Both the position numbers and the translations under genes were made by a program. 64,000 nucleotides of DNA. Source: Tortispora ganteri. Its lineage: Eukaryota. Each line of letters starts with the position of its first letter. The first letter of the stretch is position 1. Under the pieces are notes generated by a model that saw only the letters and a program-made list of their open reading frames with translations, had not been told where the DNA came from and made no database searches. Location: positions 62,001 through 126,000 of the forward strand of contig PPNB01000021.1 of NCBI GenBank assembly GCA_003707115.1. Direction: 5' to 3'. Of the stretch, positions 54,933 to 64,000 are shown piece by piece.

Positions 54933-56918
54933 TTAAGAAAGAGTGTCTGCGTTTTGAGAGTGATTTCGTTCATGTAAAGAAGGCTGAGAAAACTGAGAAT
55001 GCTGAGAAGGCGCTGTGGGGATTGGTGCATCAGGTAAATCAGATGGACTAGAGGCAGCCATATGAGGAGGTGCATCAGGTAAATCAGATGGACTAGAGGC
55101 AGCCATGTGAGGAGCGTTCAGACTTGTTGTAGACTTTGATGCAGAAGGGACGTGTGTAGACTGAGACTCTTCATAAAGCGGAAGAGTCATATCGCTATGA
55201 TTATGATATACAGGTTCGCTTTGAAGTCGTTGAAGATGCAGTCGTTCACGTTCAAGCTTGTCAAGGTGCCTCGGTGAAGGCTCAGGAGTTGTGTTATGTG
55301 AATGCGAAGTAATGGGGCCCATAGAGGGAGAAGAAGGTAATAGGCGTAGTTCGGCCAGTCGGACTTGCTCCTTCTCAGATAGTGGACGAGTGGACGGTGG
55401 TGTCAGTTGACTTGCAACCGGCATAGTCGTTGAGTTGCAAGAAGACGGATTATGTGAGTCATTACGGGGTAATGCCTGAAGACTATTGTTTTGAGATACG
55501 CCAGATGAGCGCGGTAAATCAGACAAGCTAGAAGGGATGCGGCTGGAAGCGCTGCTAGCAGAGGCAGGCGGCGGGGCAGCGACTGTGCCCACTATAATGT
55601 TGTGCCAAACAGATATGACACCACGCACTCTCTTCAGCGAGCCTGTATCAATAAAGGAAGAGTCATGTCTGGGTTTAACAAGTTCGCTGTTATTGAGTAC
55701 TCCAGTGAGATCAATAATAGTTTCGATGCCGTAGCTGAACGAAACCATATCGGCAGCTTTAGTAGTAGGAAACACCGAAAGAGGCACTCTTAAAGTCCCC
55801 TGAACATCAATTGACATTGTAGTGTGATTTACATAAAGAGGCAGAGTGACTTGCGCGAGGTCTTTGCGAAAAGAACGCTGTTCATTCTGACTGACAGCGA
55901 TACGACTGAGTCGGCAGAATGTGAGAATGACGCCCGTCACTGATCTAACTTCATTAACATGGTTCGCCGATATGGAAACTGTGACATCGTCGCCCTTCAG
56001 TACGCCAGCCGGGATACCAGATATTGAGACATTAATGTTGGGGGTTGAGCCACGTGACAAACCACTGACGGAACGTTGTATAGTGTGGGCAGACAGGTCT
56101 GGGTCGGCTTCTGGCGAAGAGCCGGTTCTAGCGGTTTCTGTAGCGAGTGTGGCAGGCGAGGTCCCAGAGCCAGTAGATGTAGAAAAAGTAGAAGAGGACG
56201 AAGAAGATGAGGAAGATTTTGAAACAGGAGTAGGCGTCGGTGAGTTAAAGGAAGTCGAGGCTGAATGGGTTGGGTAGAGAGCTGAATGCTTTTTTGACTT
56301 ATGGGGCCGTAGAGAAACTTCTATAATTGAAGGGGGGACTTTCTGGAGGCGAGATATATTAATAGGAGTTTGAATTCGCAGCTTTAGGTGTGCTTTTGTG
56401 GTTGAGTATGTGGACTGGCGCCTATGTGTGGCTAGCAGAGAATAAGATATTGAGCCAAGGTCAAAGTCGACGCTGTTAGGAAGCGGCGACTTTGGTAACT
56501 GGAAAATAAACTGAAAAAGGTGTTCACCTGGTGGCAGGTCTTTTGATAAAGAAATATTTTTTGAAGACTCTGCTCCAGTTTCTGGGCGCTGCCAAAGGCA
56601 AACATGGTCTTTGAGGATAGTGTGTGTTGTCGCCTTCGATCTTAGTGAGTTGCCGTTCAAAGTTACTTCGCCAAAAAGGGAGATATCAACGGCAGTTGTA
56701 GGGAGGCTTTTTGTACATTGAAGAACGACATCACCGCGGATCTGGTCGCCAGGTTTATACACCTTGAGTGGTTCGCTTAGATCGATGTAGAGTTCCATAC
56801 CAGTGGCTTTAGAAAGAGGTAATTCAGGGCGTAGTTTCGTTAATGATTGACGCAGTTTAGACATCAGTGGCCTTCTGGCCTTCGACATGTCTGGTTTCGC
56901 GTCAGTACTATCAACCAT
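54933..56918 (-). CDS. RIM8: Arrestin-related pH-signalling protein Rim8/PalF
   Basis: YIDL.EP.KVY.PGD.IRG, GEHLFQFIF.LP, GSISY.L, FRKDLAQ..LPL, SEKEQVR.AE.RLLPSSP, DKLERER..LQ...SEP, LPLY. Confidence 0.88.
   Translation of the reverse strand: MVDSTDAKPDMSKARRPLMSKLRQSLTKLRPELPLSKATGMELYIDLSEPLKVYKPGDQIRGDVVLQCTKSLPTTAVDISLFGEVTLNGNSLRSKATTHTILKDHVCLWQRPETGAESSKNISLSKDLPPGEHLFQFIFQLPKSPLPNSVDFDLGSISYSLLATHRRQSTYSTTKAHLKLRIQTPINISRLQKVPPSIIEVSLRPHKSKKHSALYPTHSASTSFNSPTPTPVSKSSSSSSSSSTFSTSTGSGTSPATLATETARTGSSPEADPDLSAHTIQRSVSGLSRGSTPNINVSISGIPAGVLKGDDVTVSISANHVNEVRSVTGVILTFCRLSRIAVSQNEQRSFRKDLAQVTLPLYVNHTTMSIDVQGTLRVPLSVFPTTKAADMVSFSYGIETIIDLTGVLNNSELVKPRHDSSFIDTGSLKRVRGVISVWHNIIVGTVAAPPPASASSASSRIPSSLSDLPRSSGVSQNNSLQALPRNDSHNPSSCNSTTMPVASQLTPPSTRPLSEKEQVRLAELRLLPSSPSMGPITSHSHNTTPEPSPRHLDKLERERLHLQRLQSEPVYHNHSDMTLPLYEESQSTHVPSASKSTTSLNAPHMAASSPSDLPDAPPHMAASSPSDLPDAPIPTAPSQHSQFSQPSLHERNHSQNADTLS
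55024..55113 (-). repeat. 45-bp in-frame tandem duplication in RIM8
   Basis: Two copies differing at one base, encoding PHMAASSPSDLPDAP twice. Confidence 0.92.
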
Positions 56919-57127
56919 GGGCCGCACAGCTGGGTAGATAGGTCCACTTTAGAGCGGCGAGTAAACCCTCGCGACGTCTTGGCGTTGTTTGGAGGGGGAG
57001 GAAATGTGGACCGCCGCAATTTCGGTTCGAAATTAGAGTTACCCGGCTTTTCCCAGATACTTCACGCCAGTGCTAAGCGACCTGCGAATAGTTGATTTTT
57101 TGCCTACCACAGAACGCAAAGTATGAC

Positions 57128-58594
57128 ATGGCTTTCTATGATCTAGCACAGGTGCTTGATCTCACGCGGTCATTGACGGTGGCGAAACTGAAAGTTGTCT
57201 GCAGAGAGTGTAGTCTGCCCGTGAGCGGCCGCAAGGCTGACCTGATCAGACACGTCGAAGGCGAAGTCATACTTCGCAATGAATCTTCTGATGCGCATGC
57301 TTTCACACACATAGCTGAGCTTATCGCCCGCTTATATGCTGTTGGAAATCCAAGACTGCAAAGGCCTTCTGCAGCGGCTACCGCTTCCAGCTACAACCGC
57401 GACTCTGTCGGACACTATGTGCCGTCTTACTCACTCTACACCGGACCTGATCCGACTGCCACTGCTACCGCCTCTATCGCTCCCGTTCCGATGACTCCCT
57501 CGCCTGTGCCACTTAAGGACCTCAAAACTGATTATGTAGCACTCAAACAGGTTTCTAAAATCCCCTTCTACAAATTCAGGTACCGTGTCTCTACCTACTG
57601 TAACCTCACATACTCCAACCAAGCCATCATCTCTTATGACATGCACAAATACAACACAGAGCTCAAATTGAGCGACCCCGTGGCGTGGAAAAAACTCAAA
57701 GTACTGTTATTTTGCACTAGTGAGTACCTCGTGCCCACAACTGGCGAGTATCCGAAAGTACTTCAGTTCCCCAAACGCATGCTTCTCAAGTCCGTGCTCA
57801 AATCAGCTGCGCTTGTCCCCGCACGACCAATCAACTCAGAGGACCCAATCTTACCCATAGATATTACAGACTTTATTGTCAACCCAGCTACGGGGCTGCC
57901 ACTGCTGAGTGGATCTGTACGACTCACCTACAACCTTATTACGCCTCTAACTGTGTGGATTGTTATTGCTAACTATATCCCAGCGAGCAGCATAGTCACG
58001 CAGATCATATCGGGCCGGCATTTAAGCAATGATATGGTGAAAAAAGATTTTGTGGCGCGGCAACAGGATGACGACATCGAATCCACATCGATGATCCTGT
58101 CGCTGCGCTGCCCGCTAACTTATGCCAGAATAGAGGTGCCGATAAGGACCACGGCCTGCACGCATCTGCAATGTTTTGATGCCTCAGCGTTTATAATGCT
58201 ACAGGAGCAGGGAATACAGTGGGTATGCCCTGTCTGCTCCCGTTCTGCAAACCTGACAGAACTCGCTGTAGACGACTACTGCGCGAACATTTTGAAATCA
58301 GTGTCTCCGCACGAAAATTCTGTCAGGATCGACCCTGATGGCACCTGGCACCGCATAATAAAATCAGAGAACTCAGAAGATTCTGGTGATGAATCTACAG
58401 ACGAAGAAACGCAGATTCGACCAGCCAAAAAAGTTTCACTGACTATTGATTCCGATGAGGAACCGGGTCGCAGCTCGAACGGGGTACTGCCGCCACTGTT
58501 CTCTGAGCCTATGCGGTCTAACGGGGTAGTGGGCTCATATACTAGTCCATTAAATAATTCTTCGAATGTCGAGGTCATAGAGCTGAGCGACTAA
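57128..58594 (+). CDS. SIZ1: SIZ/PIAS-family SUMO E3 ligase
   Basis: SAP domain LTVAKLKVVCRECSLPVSGRKADLI, SP-RING LSLRCPLT..RI..P.R...CTHLQCFD...WVCPVC, C-terminal SIM VEVIELSD. Confidence 0.9.
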   Translation: MAFYDLAQVLDLTRSLTVAKLKVVCRECSLPVSGRKADLIRHVEGEVILRNESSDAHAFTHIAELIARLYAVGNPRLQRPSAAATASSYNRDSVGHYVPSYSLYTGPDPTATATASIAPVPMTPSPVPLKDLKTDYVALKQVSKIPFYKFRYRVSTYCNLTYSNQAIISYDMHKYNTELKLSDPVAWKKLKVLLFCTSEYLVPTTGEYPKVLQFPKRMLLKSVLKSAALVPARPINSEDPILPIDITDFIVNPATGLPLLSGSVRLTYNLITPLTVWIVIANYIPASSIVTQIISGRHLSNDMVKKDFVARQQDDDIESTSMILSLRCPLTYARIEVPIRTTACTHLQCFDASAFIMLQEQGIQWVCPVCSRSANLTELAVDDYCANILKSVSPHENSVRIDPDGTWHRIIKSENSEDSGDESTDEETQIRPAKKVSLTIDSDEEPGRSSNGVLPPLFSEPMRSNGVVGSYTSPLNNSSNVEVIELSD

Positions 58595-58746
58595 TGAGCC
58601 CCATGCGTTATACTCTGGTTTCAGTACCAACCAACGTTTCTCAGCCGCATATCTACCCAAAAGGGTGGCCGCGACCAACCAACCACAACCACAGCCACAG
58701 CAGAAACCGACAATTGATATTCAGATATTAAGGCTGCGGTAAGAAA

Positions 58747-59259
58747 ATGACGATGGAGCAGGAAATATTGTTGGCATCAGAGCCACATGCAATGTTTGTA
58801 TCTTATAATGCGTTCGACCTAATACTAGGCGAGCTTGTGCCGCAAATGCAGGAAGTCTCGCAATCTGTTTATGGCCACTCAAACCCTTCGCGAATAGAAC
58901 AGTTAGGATGGCGTGTAGGATTAGCTATTGTTGAACGATTTGGATCGACAAAGGGTGATACATTAGATATAATGAAATTTATATGCAAAGATGTGTGGTT
59001 AGTACTATTTCGAAAGCAAATCGATAACCTCAAAACCAATCATCGCGGAGTGTATGTTCTGACTGATACGCAATTTCGGTTATTTCAACGCATGAGTCGA
59101 CCAACACCAAGCGAAACAATTGCGATGGCTACGCCTTACTTAGAATTTCCAGCAGGAATAATTCGTGGGATTCTAGAAGCTTTAGGCGTCAAGGCGAGCG
59201 TCAAGGCCGAAACGCCAGGATTTCCTACGGCAGTTTTCCACATCACGACTACACATTAG
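58747..59259 (+). CDS. TRS33: TRAPP subunit Trs33
   Basis: IEQLGWRVG, LDIMKFICKDVW..LFRKQIDNLKTNHRGVYVLTD, FPAGIIRG.L. Confidence 0.95.
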   Translation: MTMEQEILLASEPHAMFVSYNAFDLILGELVPQMQEVSQSVYGHSNPSRIEQLGWRVGLAIVERFGSTKGDTLDIMKFICKDVWLVLFRKQIDNLKTNHRGVYVLTDTQFRLFQRMSRPTPSETIAMATPYLEFPAGIIRGILEALGVKASVKAETPGFPTAVFHITTTH

Positions 59260-59324
59260 TAAAACCAGGACGGATTTAAAGACTTAACGGAATGTAATAT
59301 GACGATACCACTAGCATTTACACC

Positions 59325-60320
59325 TTAAAGCTTGTGAAAGGCGATACCCTTCTCGATATTACCTTGAAGACCTTTGATAGCAGTCTCCAAAAGCCCCTTT
59401 TCATAGCTGGAGATCTTGTCTAGTGGCGACACAACCTTTTCCACACCATTAGGGCCAAGCTGCACGGGGATAGCAAAGAAGTCAGTGCCGACTTTGGCCT
59501 TGACCTCTTCGCCACCGGGGACACCGGACAAGTAGACAAAAGAAGGCTCCACTGAGGTTTTTCCGGCATAGGCGGCCTCTAGAAGCGCGTTGGCAAATCT
59601 ATAACCGGCGTAAGCCATAGAAAGAGTAGCAGAACCAGCACCATTCTTGGCCTGAACGACTTCGTCACCGCCAAACTGGATGCGGTGTGTAAGAGCGTCG
59701 CGCTGGGCGTCAGTAAGGGTAACGGCAGGCTCGGCAAGACTGAGTAAAGGCACAATGGTGTCACCAGAGTGGCCACCAACAACAGGTACCGTAAAACTCT
59801 CAGGGTTGCCGCCCTGTTGCGTATCACCGTCGACAACAGCAGCAGTGAATGTCTGGGCGCGGACGACGTCGAGGGTGGTTACACCAAAGAGCTTTCTGGG
59901 GTTGAAAACACCGGCTTCACGCAGGACCTGAGCGGCTATTGGGACGGTAGAATTGACCGGGTTAGAAATGACGAGGACAAAAGCATCTGGACAGTAAGAA
60001 GCGACGCCCTTAATTAAATCACGGACGATTCCTGCATTGATTTTGAACAAATCGTCTCTGGTCATGCCGGGTTTGCGGGGAATGCCAGCGGGTATGACGA
60101 CGATACCGGCGCCAGTGAAAGCCTTCTGCATTCCGTTATCATCAGGAAGGTATCCATTGACGGCACCAGTGGTACAGATATGAGATAAATCCGTGGCAAC
60201 TCCGGGGGAGTTAACTACATCGTAGAGAGCAAGGTCAGAGACGTGAGGGCAAAGTTTCAACAGTAAAGAGAGGGGCTGGCCAATACCGCCAGCAGCGCCT
60301 GCAACAACAGCTTTAACCAT
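59325..60320 (-). CDS. NAD-malate dehydrogenase, no mitochondrial presequence (cytosolic/peroxisomal)
   Basis: [60 protein letters not shown]; ends HKL. Confidence 0.95.
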   Translation of the reverse strand: MVKAVVAGAAGGIGQPLSLLLKLCPHVSDLALYDVVNSPGVATDLSHICTTGAVNGYLPDDNGMQKAFTGAGIVVIPAGIPRKPGMTRDDLFKINAGIVRDLIKGVASYCPDAFVLVISNPVNSTVPIAAQVLREAGVFNPRKLFGVTTLDVVRAQTFTAAVVDGDTQQGGNPESFTVPVVGGHSGDTIVPLLSLAEPAVTLTDAQRDALTHRIQFGGDEVVQAKNGAGSATLSMAYAGYRFANALLEAAYAGKTSVEPSFVYLSGVPGGEEVKAKVGTDFFAIPVQLGPNGVEKVVSPLDKISSYEKGLLETAIKGLQGNIEKGIAFHKL

Positions 60321-61566
60321 GATTTATAGGGATTAGAATATTGACCGACACCACTTAAATTGCAATCGAAACAAAAGGAACAGATTTTTTCCCTAAGCAC
60401 CAAAGATATCACGAAAGTAGAGTTTAAAAGGAAGAACCGTGAAAGTGGTATTTGCACGATAGGCGGGGATAGTCATGAAAAGCCTTTGGCCAATCAGAAC
60501 GTTAGTATCTTGCGTAGGACTAGTGATGATCGACCATGAGTATCGTCAGGAACTAGGGTCTACTATGGTCAAATTGGCAATCACAATATACATAGTGATT
60601 CTTAAAAATATTTACTGAGATTAATAGTATACTTGCGGTACACCTAGATAAGCCAAGATCTTAATAAAGGGCTATTTTGTGTCCTTTTATCGGCAAAGCT
60701 CGTGTTCCGAGGTTGCTCAGTTGGGAGATACGTCAATCATTGAGTTCCCCTCTCTTTTGAAGGTTCTGCATATGTTTTATGTGCTTCTTGCAAAAAAAAA
60801 ACAAATAGAGAATCTAACATCGCCTAAAGGAGTACAAGTCAAATCGAAAATTTGTAATAGTGTTGTTTTCACAGCTCGCCCTTTGGCAGTGCTTGTAGCA
60901 GAAGATCGCCCCGCGCTGCCGTGAGACTAAAAACAACGCTAATTGTGTACTATTGGTAATCGGCAAGAAAACTCTCAAAACCTTGGGTAATACAGCAATA
61001 TGATATAGCCCTTCAGTAAAAACACAGCTCAGTTACAGCACATCAATGAAAGAGACTGCTCAAAATAGAGCAATCGGAGCCCAGATACTGTGTTACCTGA
61101 GAATCGGCTCGGATAAACTTATAGCCAATCATGTGAAAGGCGTTTCGATATCGACCCTGGACTCTAGTATGTGTGATTGGTGGGAGAAATGCCTCCCCCC
61201 GCTTTTTCTCACAGCAGAAGAAGGCCAGTCCCCCACTCTTTTTGCAGTCCTCTAGCCTAAACCCGTTATCAGCAAAATATTTGAGCGAAATGAAATAATT
61301 TCTAATTGCTGCGAAATCAACAGGGATAATTGCCACACATAAAAATGCATGTGTAAAGAGTCACGCGGCAAGCCGGGGATTGCCAGGAAAAGATCACGTT
61401 CAGTTATCGGCCCACATTACATAGCCAGAACCTTATTTACGAGAAATCAATAGCATCTATACTTTTTCCCCTCATTTTTAGCATCTCATTCACACGTTTC
61501 CTGTATATATATACAGGAAGGTTTTGATCGAGTATTTCTTACTCTTTTAGCACCACTGCCGTAATC

Positions 61567-63474
61567 ATGCCGCAACAAGTTATCGTAGTAGGTGGAGGCC
61601 TCTCTGGCTTATCAGCCGCACACCAACTGCTCATCCACGGCGCCAATGTTCACGTTTTCGACAAGCAGGGATTCTTTGGAGGCAATTCCACCAAGGCTAC
61701 CTCTGGCATCAATGGTGCATTGACCAGGACACAGATAGATCTCGAAATCAGAGACTCTGTCCAGCAGTTCTATGATGACACACTGAAATCAGCAAAAGAC
61801 CGTGCCCGTCCTGATCTCATCAGAGTGCTCACATACAATTCAGCCGCTGCTGTTGAATGGCTTCAGGATATATTCAAGCTTGACTTGACTCTTGTGTCTC
61901 GCCTTGGCGGCCATAGTCAGCCCCGTACTCACCGTGGCCACGACGCAAAGTTCCCCGGTATGGCGATCACTTATGCGCTCATGGAGAAGATCGAAGAGAT
62001 CGCAGAGCAGACTCCGGATCGCGCAAAGATTTTTATGAAGTGCCGCGTCACATCTATTTTGAAAGAAGGTAACAAAATTATTGGTGTTGAGTATGAAGAT
62101 GCTCAAGGTGAGAAGAAACGCGACTACGGCCCCGTTGTCCTTGCCACCGGAGGTTACGCCGCCGATTTCACCGAAACCTCCTTCATCAAAAAATATCGTC
62201 CTGAAATTTTTGATTTGCCCTCGACAAACGGCACGCATGCTACTGGTGACGGCCAGAAAATGGTGCTCGCTATTGGCGGCAACGGCGTAGATCTCGAGAA
62301 GATCCAGGTTCACCCTACTGGACTTGTCGACCCACGCGATCCCGACAACAAATGGAAGTTTTTGGCCGCTGAGGCCCTACGTGGAGAGGGCGGTTTGCTT
62401 TTGAATGGCAATGGAGAGCGCTTCTGTGACGAACTTGGTCGTCGTGACTACGTATCCGGTGAAATGTTCAAAAACAAGTTCCCTATCCGACTCGTCCTCA
62501 ACGGCAAGGCATCTAATGTGCTCGACTTCCATACCAAGCACTATGCTGGCCGTGGACTTATGAAGAAAATGACGGGGGAAGAGCTTGCTAAAGATATCGG
62601 TATCCCTGCGTCTAAACTCCAAAAGGTATTTGAGGAGTACAACGAGATTGCTGACGGCAAAAAGAAGGATCCCTTCGGCAAGAAGTTCTTCGCAAATGGT
62701 CCTGTCACTATTGACGACGACAACTTTTATGTAGCTCTCGTCACGCCTGTACTGCATTTCACAATGGGTGGTGTTGAAATTAATGACAAAGCGGAGGTAC
62801 TGAACCACGACAAGGAGCCATTTGAAGGTCTGTTTGCCTGTGGTGAACTCGCAGGTGGTGTACACGGAGCCAACCGTCTTGGTGGATCGTCGCTTTTAGG
62901 TTGTGTAGTCTACGGACGTGTTGCAGCTGACTCTGCCAGCAAGTACCTCTTCCAGAAAGTGCTCAAGGAAGATAGCGGTGCTTCTGGCGCTGCTAGCCGT
63001 CTGGGTCAGATCAGTCTGCACATCGATCCGTCGCAGCCCGGTCGCATTGTAGTCGACTGGAGTAATAAAGGCGGCAATGACGACGACAATAATGGCGGAA
63101 ACGCTCCACCTGCTGCCGGCGGTCAAGGCGCGTCGATCGCTTCATCGTCGTCTTCTGGGTCGTCATCCTCTTCGGCCGCTCCACCCGCAGCGAAACCCAA
63201 AGCATTCAGTATCCCCGATAAGGAGTACTCAATGGAAGACGTAGCTAAGCATAATAAGAAAGACGACTGCTGGGTTGTGGTAAAGGGTGTGGTTATGGAC
63301 GTGACTAAGTTCCTTCCTGACCATCCTGGCGGTGAGAATGCTATTGTGAACTTCGCTGGTCGCGACGCCACCGAGGAATTCGAGATGCTGCACGAAGACC
63401 GTGTTATCCCGAAATATGCCGGTTACGCTGTCATCGGCAAGCTTGCAGGATCTGAGCCTTCTCTCGAGCTGTAA
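61567..63474 (+). CDS. OSM1: Soluble FAD-dependent fumarate reductase (Osm1/Frd1 family) fused to C-terminal cytochrome b5
   Basis: VIVVGGGLSG, GGNSTKATSGING, QVHPTG, AEALRGEG, HFTMGG, GVHGANRLGGSSL; linker; b5 domain HNKKDDCWVV...FLPDHPGG...EFEMLH. Confidence 0.93.
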   Translation: MPQQVIVVGGGLSGLSAAHQLLIHGANVHVFDKQGFFGGNSTKATSGINGALTRTQIDLEIRDSVQQFYDDTLKSAKDRARPDLIRVLTYNSAAAVEWLQDIFKLDLTLVSRLGGHSQPRTHRGHDAKFPGMAITYALMEKIEEIAEQTPDRAKIFMKCRVTSILKEGNKIIGVEYEDAQGEKKRDYGPVVLATGGYAADFTETSFIKKYRPEIFDLPSTNGTHATGDGQKMVLAIGGNGVDLEKIQVHPTGLVDPRDPDNKWKFLAAEALRGEGGLLLNGNGERFCDELGRRDYVSGEMFKNKFPIRLVLNGKASNVLDFHTKHYAGRGLMKKMTGEELAKDIGIPASKLQKVFEEYNEIADGKKKDPFGKKFFANGPVTIDDDNFYVALVTPVLHFTMGGVEINDKAEVLNHDKEPFEGLFACGELAGGVHGANRLGGSSLLGCVVYGRVAADSASKYLFQKVLKEDSGASGAASRLGQISLHIDPSQPGRIVVDWSNKGGNDDDNNGGNAPPAAGGQGASIASSSSSGSSSSSAAPPAAKPKAFSIPDKEYSMEDVAKHNKKDDCWVVVKGVVMDVTKFLPDHPGGENAIVNFAGRDATEEFEMLHEDRVIPKYAGYAVIGKLAGSEPSLEL

Positions 63475-63735
63475 AAAAAAGAGCAGGAGCAAATGCAGTT
63501 CAAAATTTTAGTTTACAGTAATACCAATATATACGGCTATTATAGTTGTTCAGTGAGTTACCCGGTTCAATATAATAAACCTTGAGCTCCCAACTTTAAA
63601 ATGAAGAAGAAAAAAAAAAATTTTGAGTTTCCAACCCACCGACAACTTCTTCTTCATTTTTTTTTTTGCAAGAACAGTCGCCCTTCTTACCCTTTCTTTT
63701 CTTATCTTTATACTCCTTAAAATAAAAATTTCATA

Positions 63736-64000
63736 ATGTCTGAAGCTTACGACGGTGCTATTGGTATCGATTTAGGTACCACCTACTCCTGCGTAGCTGT
63801 CTACGAGTCTGCTGTTGAGATCATTGCTAATGAACAAGGTAACCGTGTTACTCCTTCATTCGTATCTTTCACTGCCGAAGAGCGTCTTATTGGTGATGCC
63901 GCTAAGAACCAGGCCGCCATGAATCCGGCGAACACTGTTTTTGATGCTAAGCGCCTCATTGGCCGTCGTTTCGATGACCCCACTGTCAAGAAAGATGCCG
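63736..64000 (+). CDS. SSB1: Ribosome-associated Hsp70 Ssb, 5' part only
   Basis: [45 protein letters not shown]...[10 protein letters not shown]; runs off the window. Confidence 0.92.
   Translation, partial: MSEAYDGAIGIDLGTTYSCVAVYESAVEIIANEQGNRVTPSFVSFTAEERLIGDAAKNQAAMNPANTVFDAKRLIGRRFDDPTVKKDA

Noticed and set aside
60523..60618. Possible box C/D snoRNA (GTGATGA...CTGA)
   Set aside because: No convincing rRNA-complementary guide of 10 nt or more and no terminal stem.
1..64000. tRNAs, transposons, CRISPR arrays, horizontally acquired operons, UGA-CUA readthrough signals
   Set aside because: None found by eye; the GGTTCGA hits at ~46001 and ~57024 lack tRNA structure, and no TGA stop I checked is followed by CTA.

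Overview
Gene-dense, intron-poor fungal chromosome segment, most likely from an early-diverging budding yeast (Saccharomycotina). Evidence: GTAAGT/GTACGT donors, (T)ACTAAC branch points close to the 3' AG, CUG read as Leu at a conserved ERG20 site, and a complex I assembly factor (NDUFAF5). About 34 protein-coding genes, nearly all housekeeping: eIF5B, a METTL25-like methyltransferase, CDC16, ERG20, CDC23, MRPL11, TRP4, TFC1, RTS1, FAL1, FMP40/SelO, DOT5, RPL7 (3 exons), MED7, ADE13, RPS14 (2 exons), an FDO1-like gene, AAR2, RPS16, a KH-domain protein, an orphan with a NuSAP-like motif, KRI1, ADP/ATP carrier (3 exons), a Zn2Cys6 factor, m-AAA protease, NDUFAF5, KU80, RLP24, an inositol 5-phosphatase, a UBL-BAG co-chaperone, NPY1, ATG1, RIM8, SIZ1, TRS33, MDH, a fumarate reductase-cytochrome b5 fusion and the start of an SSB Hsp70. 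No tRNA, rRNA, transposon or CRISPR array was seen. Best leads: (1) the BAG gene encodes a transmembrane anchor upstream of its first AUG, in an AUG-free open frame with an ACG in strong context, suggesting membrane and soluble isoforms by non-AUG initiation; (2) a box C/D snoRNA in RPL7 intron 2 whose guide appears shifted to the G805 site and mismatches A807; (3) structured RPS14 and RPL7 introns; (4) a divergent MDH/fumarate reductase pair; (5) a NuSAP-like orphan. All family assignments are from remembered motifs, not database searches.
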